A stretch of 64,000 bases of DNA, taken from contig KZ538176.1 in assembly GCA_000934665.2 (NCBI GenBank), positions 124,001-188,000 of the forward strand, read 5' to 3'. This DNA comes from Catajapyx aquilonaris. Taxonomy: Eukaryota. Position numbers and translations under genes: made by a program. Under the pieces are notes generated by a model. The model saw only the letters and a list, made by a program, of their open reading frames with translations. It was not told where the DNA came from and searched no databases. Below, one piece after another: positions 1 through 50,102 of the stretch; the stretch's first letter is position 1; every line of letters starts with the position of its first letter.

Positions 1-25
1 GTTATGATCTAGATCTACAACGTAC

Positions 26-737
26 TCCTTCAGACACTCATCAGTGACCACTTTTGCCGGATGATTGTTGGGGCACAGCTCCAGTACAAAGTATCCCCAA
101 TGATTAGAAGTCAACCGTACCACCACATCCATGGTTTGTCCTGGACTGTACCTCCTTGCAATAATTCCATTACCATACGTGCCTCCTGCTTCATGACTGC
201 GGGGTTTTCTCTGCTGCCAGGGATCACCACACACACCACATTTGCCATTGTTATGTTGCCATTGCACTGAAAACCAGTACATACGTATATTAGCAGTCCA
301 AATGCTATCCTCCCCCTCAGTCCATTCCCTCCCATCCCAGTTCCCCTCTTCACCTTCTGACCCGTTAGTTCATGTAGCCAGTAAGACTCGTTTCTGTTGC
401 ATTTTTTTGGGGTGGAAATGGGAAGGTGAATAATGTTATGTAACATGGGGCAATGACTTCAAATACCTTGGGCACCTCCACAAAAGAGTTCGTTGTCATC
501 AAAGTTGATTGGGTTAGGAAAGCCTTCACGCCACATCGAATTTCGCCCAGGGGGTAGTAAGAGGTATCCATGCCCATAAACCAACGGTGGTAACTAGAAA
601 ACAGTTGGAACAAAAATGTGCATTTTTAGTGATTGTAGACCAGGATCACTAATTACCTCAGTAACTGTCACAGATTATAGCAAGAATCAATGTGAAATAC
701 CTACCAAGCACAAGACAAGCAATCCTCGATAGATCAT
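26..737 (-). CDS. AA15-family LPMO (chitin-binding type-4 domain) paralog B, 3'-truncated by window edge; exons 737-705, 593-467, 266-26
   Basis: Spliced translation: signal peptide MIYRGLLVLCL|LPPLVYG, then mature HGYLLLPPGRNSMWREGFPNPINFDDNELFCGGAQ|VQWQHNNGKCGVCGDPW...HEAGGTYGNGIIARRYSPGQTMDVVVRLTSNHWGYFVLELCP...ECLK. N-terminal His1 and second brace His present; canonical GT-AG sites. The donor at 25-24 is inferred from the identical intron position in the paralog. Confidence 0.9.
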
Positions 738-1084
738 TTTGGTATCCTCTATCTGAAATGGATACAATCCAGTTAATTTTATCCCCACGTGTACCCCTGA
801 AGGTCACCACGCCCGGGCACTGAACTCGAGGTCGTTTATTATTTTTAGCCCCACTAAATGACCACCCCAGCAAAGTCCTGCACTTACCTTGAATTCCACC
901 CACTTTCCTATAGAAAATACAAGATATCAACTAAAATAGCCCCAGTCCGATTCGAGTTCTTCTCCCATCTGAATGCTGCATAGCCTATAGGTCTGTCCTA
1001 TAGCAAAAGAATAAGAAAGAGAAAAAAAATCAAGGGCGGAGCATCTTGATGGGCGATTAAGGGGAGGAGTCTCAAGCTGAATGC

Positions 1085-1090
1085 TTTATT
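1085..1090 (-). promoter_or_regulatory. Putative polyadenylation signal of LPMO paralog A
   Basis: tttatt on + = AATAAA on -, about 60 nt downstream of the stop codon. Confidence 0.6.
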
Positions 1091-1148
1091 TTGGATGCGT
1101 GCTTAAATGCTTATGTCACCAGTATACATTCTGTAACAAAGCTGAGGA

Positions 1149-2506
1149 TTAGATACATTGGCAGCGATCTTGTCGGCACAATTTTCGGTTACGAGACACC
1201 AAGCATAAGTCAAGACAGTACTGATCAGCCCCAGGTTGATCTGCAATGTCACCAATGGCCCAGCAGTCTTTCCTGAAAATATATTGAATGTAAATTGGTG
1301 CCACATTGCTCAAGCATTGACGTCACTTACGGGCAGAAGCATGTGTCCTGAGGGCAAGCTGGTGGATATCGGAGGCAATGAACTTGACAATAGTCGTCCG
1401 TTTTTGGGATGAGGTCAGTTGAGTTTTGTTTTCCAACACACACTTGATCCCTGCTTGCCAATAATGTAAATAATTTAAGGCTGTGTGTTTTACAGCAGAA
1501 TGTGTTGGACTAACCTGACAATAAGAGGAGTGAATGGACCACCAAACTGTGAGAAGTCTCTGAAGTACAGAAGATAAGGATTGTCGACAAAGTTGCTGCC
1601 CACAAAGGATGGAGGGAATGCTCCTGTGTTGGTGTGGATGGCCACATCAGCACAGTTGATGAAATGCTCCTGAGGGCCACATCCAACTGCTTCGCTTCCA
1701 TTTTCGCATTGTCCCCAAGTGTTGCCAGTTGTGTAATTCCATTGTACCACGCATTGTGTGCATACGACAAAGTCTGGGAGTCGTACCCTGTACGAAATTG
1801 TGCCCTTCTTGAAGTCTCTTCCGACGTAATAACGTGTTTCAGAGGTGCCGTCCAAGTACAGCAAATGCCTGAAAGTGGTACATTGCAGCCTGTTCGTTTC
1901 GTATATATAATAAGACAACTCACTTATCAAGACATTCCTGAGTCACCACTGTTTTTGGACTGTTGTGAGGGCATAGGCGAAGTTCAAAAAAACCGGCATG
2001 GCCTGCTGTCAGCACCACAACAATATCTATCGTCTATAATGGTATTGTTATTACAAAAGTATCATTTTGATTACTTAAATTCGGTGGTGCACGTACTTGA
2101 CCAGGGTTATACCGTCGTGCTATAATACCATTTCCATAAGCCCCTCCAGCCTCATGAGGACGAGGTTTTTCCGATTTCCAGTTATCGCCACAAACTCCAC
2201 ATTTTCCTTCATTTTGTCCCCATTGAACTAAATAACAACAAGAGTAATAAATGGTGATGAATTATTTTTTATATGAACGTTTCTCTCACCTCCATACCCT
2301 CCACAGTAGAGTTCGTTGTCATCAAAGTCTACCGGGTTTGGATACCCTTCTCTCCACATCGCATTGCGTGATGGAGGTACCATCAGATAACCATGGCCCC
2401 ACACTACTGCCACCTACAAGTTCATTAGTATTTATCAAGTACCTACTAATATTAACATAACTGAAACACTTACCACACTGGCCAAGTAAACGAGTCGCAC
2501 CAACAT
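1149..2506 (-). CDS. AA15-family LPMO paralog A, complete, ~331 aa; exons 2506-2474, 2413-2290, 2227-2097, 2033-1924, 1868-1515, 1450-1331, 1272-1149
   Basis: MLVRLVYLASV|VAVVWG-HGYLMVPPSRNAMWREGYPNPVDFDDNELYCGG...GKCGVCGD...HEAGG...LTAGHAGFFELRLCP...CTQCVVQWNYTTGNTWGQC...GCGPQEHFINCADVAI, then a linker and two 6-Cys repeats. All introns are GT-AG, exon lengths sum to 996 nt in frame, TAA at 1151-1149. Confidence 0.93.
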
Positions 2507-4163
2507 GACGGACTCGACCCAAAGTTGGTAGACCTGTGATTTAATGGTAATAAGTGAGTCAGATGTGCGCGTGTGTAATGGCCGGAGTGAGTGACTTTAA
2601 TGCACGGATGATACGTGATCATAATATGCAAAGCAAACAAGAAGCAGCAGAGCAGTCAAGGTCGACCACATGCCGGTCATTGATTCGTTTTTATTTCAAG
2701 ATAGCCAACCAGCTAGAGAAACCAGACTAACGTGGTGCAGCACATCCGTTAAGTTGTGGCAGGTTTACTGAAGTTCATAGCCATTGCAGAAGACATATGT
2801 TCAACTACAAGTACGTAATGGTTCTTGCACTTACATTGTAACTAAGTTGACTGCTGAAAAATGCATTTGCTCTAACGGTTAATGCTGTCATATCTGCTTA
2901 AATTATTATTATTTTGAATTATCCAATAAGTTATCTAATCATCCTGCACCAATTGTTTCACAGTATTGCAGACATTCAGGCAATTAATGGCTTGGCCTTG
3001 ACTTGTTCTTTTTTTTTGACAGATTTGGTGGAGCTGTCTGCTGCAAGATACACGCATGCAAACATGACCTGTTATTATCTCTTCAATTAAGGTGGCGAGA
3101 CTATGGTACATTGAACGGCATCAGGCATTACGGCAATAAATAAATATGCTACACCAGGCGATTTCACTTGAATTATTTCGCTATATTAACACCAAGTGCA
3201 ATAAGAAGTTATCAGTATGACAGTACCTAAAGTTACCTTACTTTTGTCAAAAGTTCAGACAACGAGGCTTGTTGGCTGGTGTTCCTGGCTTCCCAAAGCA
3301 CTCCCTTCGCCCTCGAGTTTCCTTCTACTTTTATTGAGGGTTCCTCGGAGGAATCTCACGATTCTTCTATAGACAACAACAAGCAGCAGTATCCTACCAA
3401 CCATCATCCATTCCCAGCTATTTCAGCTCCATCAACGTGTCAGAGCCCTCTTACCCAACCGGTCCGCCCAAAAAGCCTATATAATCTTATCAGCTTTTAA
3501 GAAAGGTGAAAAACAACAACTGTAGGAGAAAAATAAGAATATATTCTAAAGCTGAAGTTGAAAATGAGGACAGAAGGGTTCAAGGGAAAGTTTCGGCGTC
3601 GACACTTCGTCTTTTATTCCAGGTAATTAGGATCCGATGGGTTCAGTGAATGGTCACGGCCATGATCTTCAAGCGTGAAAATACTTGACCTTGCTATACT
3701 AGCTCCCAGAGGAACACTCATCACCATGTTGCCACCTTGATAGGCCATACCTCATTACAGCCATTCCTTAATTTTCACAGTTATGCACACGGCACTATAC
3801 AATCATGTTTCCAACAACGCCCTGCTTACCCAGACATACTCCCTTATACAGCAGTGTGGAGGAATATGAAACAGGTGACTTTCAAAAGAATTAGCGCCGA
3901 ATACACCTGAGCATTGCCAAATGTTTTGAATATATTTATTTGCAAATAGTTTGAATCTGCTCTAAAATGAATATACGATGAAAATAATGTCCAGTTACTT
4001 GAGAAATACACAGAGGCTTACTGACTGAAACGGCCAGATCCAGTTTCTTGCGCCTGTGAGTCCCAAATGAGTGGGAAGTGGTTTAAGCCAGATGTTGGCC
4101 TGACACTGGCGAAATAGTCGATTAACCGTCTGATAATACCCGAGACTTGCGCGTTGCGCTATA

Positions 4164-4594
4164 CAGGGTGTATCTGAACTCAGTGCCCCGACGTATATGA
4201 CTGCCTTCCTAGCCACCAGAGGATCGATTTAAGTATAAGAGTCATATGTCTGGGCAGCCTCATTACTGAGATACACTCTTTAGCGATTTTTGCCTAATCG
4301 CTCCTTCTGACTTTTAAATCGAATTTTCTGGTGTAACTAGCCAAAGAGGCCTTACCACCTGTGGGCAACAAACCAACAAAGTCCCGCCCCTCAGACCTTC
4401 CAGAGCCTTCTGACTGGAGGAGGGTTCGATTGGTGGCCTAACCGACAGGATATTTTGTACTACATGTTTGCGGCCAATTATCTCCGTAATGAGGCTGCCC
4501 AGACATATGACTCCTATACTTAAATCGATCCTCTGGTGGCTAGGAAGGCAGTCATATACGTCGGGGCACTGACTGTGAGTTCAGATACACCCTG
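4164..4594. mobile_element. Tc1/mariner-type MITE (~431 bp) with ~110-bp terminal inverted repeats
   Basis: Begins ta|CAGGGTGTATCTGAACTCA and ends TGAGTTCAGATACACCCTG|ta. 4164-4273 is near-perfectly inverted at 4479-4594 (small indel). TA target-site duplication; no transposase. Confidence 0.85.
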
Positions 4595-5533
4595 TATATG
4601 CTTGACTTTAATACACACCATAAGCACAAAAATTTCCCAAATCTTATTCCAAAAATTGTAAGGTCTACGAGTAGGTTTATTACCCAAAAGCACCCTGTCA
4701 TGTCCTGCATTGTAATCAACTTGGCACTCTTGTAATGGTCAAAGCCGCAGTCAAGGGTTGCATTTTTGAGGTCTTTCACATCATTACGAAAAGCAGGCCT
4801 GTAATGATTCACATACGTTTCTGGGGGTGGATTCACAATATAGTGCAACTTTACATGGCGTAAGTGATTTACATCATGTAACTTTACTCTGCCTTTGCAC
4901 CTGATTTAAACTTCGTCCGGAGATGTAAAGTGTCTCATGAAGCGACATCTCGCGACATCTACCTGAAGAGTGCAGCATCATGTCAGAACTTGATCAGTGA
5001 TGTCTCTGGCATGCCATGGTCAGACCCCCCTGACCATGCCCCTGACCATGCCCCTGACTCACCCCAGCAAGATACAAACTTGGCGGCAACTGTTTCAGCG
5101 GAAGTAAACAGCGCCTCTAGCGGCCACCCTCCGAACCACCCCAGCATCAACCATATTGGCATATTTCTCCAAATTGTGCAACCGCAGCATACAAAGTCAC
5201 TCCCAGTCGATAAACCGCGAGGGGAAATAAATAAGTGAGTAAACAGATGTATAAATGGAATCCTTGAGAATGATTGGAAGGGCTGGGAGAGCGGGGGGAG
5301 TCCTGCAGTCCTGTGACTAAAGCGGGCTGCCTGCTGGGCTTCCCCTTGGCCCATCCGAAGCCGCTCCTGGCCTGGCTCCTGAACATGCCCAACGGAACAG
5401 GTACTGCCTTTACATAAAATGGGGAACATGCCAAGTGGTTTCGTAATGTTGTGGGGGGGGGGGGNNNNNNNGGGATTAAGGGCGGGTGACAAGGTGCATC
5501 GGTACAGCTGCTCCATTTGTTCCAGGGTTGGCC

Positions 5534-45653
<40,120 letters not shown>

Positions 45654-45911
45654 TGAGGCCTGTCCCCAGCCAGCGAGGTGTGTGTGACTACCTGCCTGCC
45701 TGCCTTCCTGCCCACATATAGCCAGATGTCTCCGATCAGACGGAGTAGTCCAGAGCGACCTTGTTGCTCCATCCACTTTATACTTCGACCGATGCCCAGG
45801 ATATGGTCCAGGCCATGAATGCTGCAGGAGAGCCTGCAGGCTGTTGCACCTCCCCTTCTCACAGCTGTCGTGGTCCATGCTGGGGAATGGGATGACCCTT
45901 CTCCTATACAG

Positions 45912-45991
45912 GTGGGTGTACTCACCGCCCAGCTAACTTTTCCGTCGATGTTACATAACATTATGAACACATATTTTGTCTCTTCCTGTAG
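45912..45991 (+). other. Candidate 80-nt intron in the SMG6 3'UTR
   Basis: Donor CAG|GTGGGT, branch-like GCTAAC (45932) and CATAAC (45954), acceptor ttttgtctcttcctgtAG|G. Confidence 0.55.
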
Positions 45992-47000
45992 GACTTCTTG
46001 ATGCCATTTGGGCTTGAAAGTTACGTCGAAATTTTTTTTTTACTCTTCACCTCTCACTCTTCTAAATGTCTCTCTTCAGTGGTTCCCTCTGTAAAAATTA
46101 GGAATGTGTTTGGAGTGGCATGTTGAGACATACTAGTAACTAGTGTGGCAGCAGATTTTTTTTTTTTTTTTAATTGGCGGAGGGACCATGCAAGTGTGGA
46201 TCAACGATTGCTGGAAAAAGGTACCAAGTTCAAATCTAAGGGACTATTCTCACTATATTAATCTGTTAAATGAAAATGTTCCTCGAGTATTAGTTATTGA
46301 TGAATAGTACAGTAAGTGCTACACTTGGTGATTGAATTGAATGGTTTCAAGAGGTGGAACAGTATAGGGATTATCATTCATTGTCAATTTATTGTCATTT
46401 TGTGGATGTGAGCTAATCACTATTAGTTTCTCACGTTATTTTTTATTCAGTGACTGGTTAGAATTTGCGCGGTTTGTTCTGCTGCAGCCTGGACACCCTT
46501 TTATGCAGCGTCCATATTTTGAAAGAACTTAAGTTTTTGTCTTTTTTTTGCATTATTATTTAGTACCTTAAATATGTGCTTCAGTATAGTGTTTACAGGT
46601 GCACTGACTTGTGAGAGGCTAGCGTACATTATATTTTGGTTTCAACTAGAAAAACATTCCTTCATTTTTGTTGCACTTGATAGTAATTCATTCAAGGTAC
46701 TTGTTAGTCTAATCATTGATGGATCATGGGCAATGATATTGTACTTAAAAGTAAGAAGCCATATGGCAGTGAAGCGGGTTTATTATTTTTAAATTTTCAA
46801 GTGGGACATCATACACCACCTTATTAGTAGTTAGAGCGGTAAAGTGTGCTGCAGGGAGGTGGCACCCCCTTAGGAAGAGTGCAGGTAGGGTGACACGAAG
46901 TGTCACCGCCCCCACTCTCTTAACTACCTCTCCCTCCTTTTATTACATGTTAAAAATCAAACAGTTGATTATATTCCGCATGATTGTGACTTTTTTATGA

Positions 47001-47006
47001 AATAAA
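47001..47006 (+). promoter_or_regulatory. Putative SMG6 polyadenylation signal
   Basis: AATAAA followed about 20 nt later by GT/T-rich cttgtgtttttttt, at the end of an AT-rich UTR-like stretch. Confidence 0.55.
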
Positions 47007-47680
47007 TGTTGAATGCTGGAGTCCTTGTGTTTTTTTTCACTCCCGACACAAATGAAGTGTCTCTTTGCATACCTGTAGGCCCAAGGTAAAAAAGCAATGA
47101 AAGAGAATGATGTATGGGTAGCTTATACACTCACAAAAACTTTTTCGAGCTCGTAATTTTTGATCTTGGGAACGGGTTCTGCTCGTACCAAATGAAATCA
47201 GCCCCTGTTGGAATACCAAGGGCGGAAATGGCTGGCTCCAGAAATGGTACCCTCGCATGTGATCCGAAATTTTTCCTGCCGGTCCCAGGCGCCTCTTAGA
47301 CTTCTCCTCGCAATCATCATCATCATCATTGGCAAACACACTTTGGGGTTTGGCCTTCACGTAACCACCTGTTTTTTTTGCCCCCATCTTTTCGCCAGGC
47401 TGGTCACCTGGGAAGAATAATAAACTTTTTTTTTTCTTTCTCACTTCTTACCTCTGAAGTTGTTTTAAGTGCTGGTGCGTAGAATTTTTGGCAAGATCAT
47501 AACTGGAGAAAGATAGGAACTTGTCTGGGGTCATAGGGCCCAGCTGGTGCACATCCTCAGTTTTTTGGGAATGATTCTAATCCGTGAAGTGATACCGGTA
47601 GGTCAATGTACCTTTTCAGGAAAGGATTTGTGGATTGTTTACCACATTGAACGTGTTATCTCGAAGAATTCAATTGAGGT

Positions 47681-47734
47681 AGAATTTATCCCAGAAATCA
47701 ATGGAAAATTTCACTGATTTCTGGGATAAATTCT
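47681..47734. repeat. 54-nt inverted repeat
   Basis: agaatttatcccagaaatca / tgatttctgggataaattct, perfect 20-bp arms. Confidence 0.8.
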
Positions 47735-49342
47735 TCTAAGTTCTCCTTCTTGAGCTGTACACTATAGAGATAGCAATTCTACCATTTCCTCCATCTCCAC
47801 CCTTCCTTTACCTGCCAGAATAACCCACACACAAAAAAAAATTGCCTCTGGGGACGTTTGCTAGGTGCAGTTGGCCACTTACTGGTGGCATCCCCACCGA
47901 GAAAATAATGAAGTAGCAAGTGCCATCCTCAACATCAAGTTTGTAGGCCGAGGTCTGACCTCACTGGTCATTCACAAAGCCTTTAATTTAGTCGCTTCCT
48001 TGTTGCCCCCTCGACTCTGTTGCACCTATCCCACTTGAAGATTTTTTTAAAAATTTTTTTATATATATATTTGAAACAAGTCTTTTGTTCGGCAGAAGGT
48101 AGGTCCCGTGTCGAATGATGGCGGAGGGGAATCGATGGGGCCCCGTTCATTCCCCTATTGTTGCCAGTACTGTGTCCATCCAGCAGGAGGGTGATTGGAA
48201 AATCCGGGGAGACAAAGGGAACCCAGGGGTCATTGGCTGCGGTGTCAAATGCAATAACGGAAGTGGACGGACACGTGCCTGCAGATGGTCAGCCCTTGAA
48301 CTTGAGACATCTGACCAGCATGGTTCGATTGGGCGCGGCCGGTACCAGGGTTCGACCTCCACGACCCCGACGAAGCTCGTGACGACCAGCAAGACCGGAT
48401 TTCGGCGCCAAGTGGCCCAAGTCTCAGTAATTAAGCCCGACCTCCTGGTGTGAACCGTACGTCATCTTGAAACTGGTAAAAAAATATATAAGGTGGTACC
48501 GCATGGCAGTGGACCGAAGAGTCCATTCAGGTCACGGCCGGCACTTCCGATCGTCCTGAAGACAGGAAGTTGACGTAATGGTGACAATGGAGCGGACAAA
48601 TGGACGCTGCTGACCTTCTTCGAGTCGTGTCAACTACCACCGTGGTGTGTGGTCGAAACCTAACACTTCTTGCTGACTGGAGATTAACGATTTGGTGCTG
48701 AAAATGCAAGGAAACTTGTCGCTACGGGTCAGTACGGCGATGACTACACGATATATGTGACATCACACGCTCCCCATGGACAGTGACGCCATCCACCAAG
48801 TGAAAGCTGATTAATAAGAAACATATAACTATTTTATATGATCGTTGTATTCAAGGATGCGAAGTTACGCTGATTGCGAGTGACTCACCCCCTGAAGGTA
48901 CCGGAACCCCCTCCGTATTTTTGGCACCCACTGTAGCGTAACAAGTTGCGAAACATCACGCCAATATACGAATCCGTCTGTGACCGGCGTGAGTGATGAA
49001 GAAGGTGGTCCGTCACGCCACGGGCTGTCACGCTTCGTAACACACACCGCATCGCAATTAATAAGGGAAGTTGCTAATTGGCTCTCCTCTCCTGAAGGCG
49101 CGTGGCCATTGATCTCTTGGCACCTCCTGCAGCAGATCGGAAGCCGATTTGCCTCGGTGGACCACTGTTCTCTCTGGGCTGCCATGCCTACCGGTTGTTA
49201 CACTCCCAGTCAATTGCCCCTTATGTAAGTGGAAACAAAAAATTCCTATAGTAAAACCGACATCATTTCCACCAAAATTTGCTTCAAATATGGAAAATTG
49301 GATAGTAAAGTACCCATTTCGTCTGAGGAGCACGACGCACAC

Positions 49343-50102
49343 TATAAGCGTAACATCTTTCTACATATTTCTATAAGGTAACATCTTTCTACATATTTTT
49401 ATAAGGTAACATCTTTCTACACACCGTATTTCTATGTAAGGTAACATCTTTCTACATACCGTATTTCTATGTAAGGTAACATCTTTCTACATATTTCTAT
49501 AAGGTAACATCTTTCTACATATTTCTATATATAAGGGAACATCTTTCTACATATTTCTATATATAAGGTAACATCTTTCTACATATTTCTATATATAAGG
49601 TAACATCTTTCTACATATTTTTATAAGGTAACATCTTTCTACATACCGTATTTCTATGTAAGGTAACATCTTTCTACACACCGTATTTCTATGTAAAGTA
49701 ACATCTTTCTACATACCGTATTTCTATGTAAGGTAACATCTTTCTACATACCGTATTTCTATGTAAGGTAACATCTTTCTACATACCGTATTTCTATGTA
49801 AGGTAACATCTTTCTACATACCGTATTTCTATGTAAGGTAACATCTTTCTACATACCGTATTTCTATGTAAGGTAACATCTTTCTACATACCGTATTTCT
49901 ACGTAAGGTAACATCTTACTACATACCGTATTTCTATGTAAGGTAACATCTTTCTACATATTTCTATAAGGTAACATCTTTCTACATATGTATAAGGTAA
50001 CATCTTTCTACATATTTCTATAAGGTAACATCTTTCTACATATTTCTATATGTAAGGTAACATCTTTCTACATATTTCCATATGTAAGCATAACATCTTT
50101 CC
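49343..50102. repeat. Minisatellite, ~24 units of ~26-35 bp
   Basis: Core TAAGGTAACATCTTTCTACA followed by TATTTCTA(TATA) or TACCGTATTTCTATG. Confidence 0.95.

Noticed and set aside
4930..5238. 102-aa ORF as first coding exon of SMG6
   Set aside because: GTG start, and its GTGAGT donor is phase 2 whereas the 5526 acceptor needs phase 1 to stay in the SMG6 frame; at most a 5'UTR exon.
47037..49342. Convergent minus-strand gene suggested by several acceptor-like sites, and a pogo-like PITLLLDGHS motif near 48170-48200
   Set aside because: I could not join a stop-free spliced frame or recognise a family, and one short motif is insufficient. Needs a translated search and RNA-seq.
49343..50102. 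CRISPR-like periodic array
   Set aside because: No unique spacers, units are contiguous, eukaryotic context, no cas genes; it is a minisatellite.
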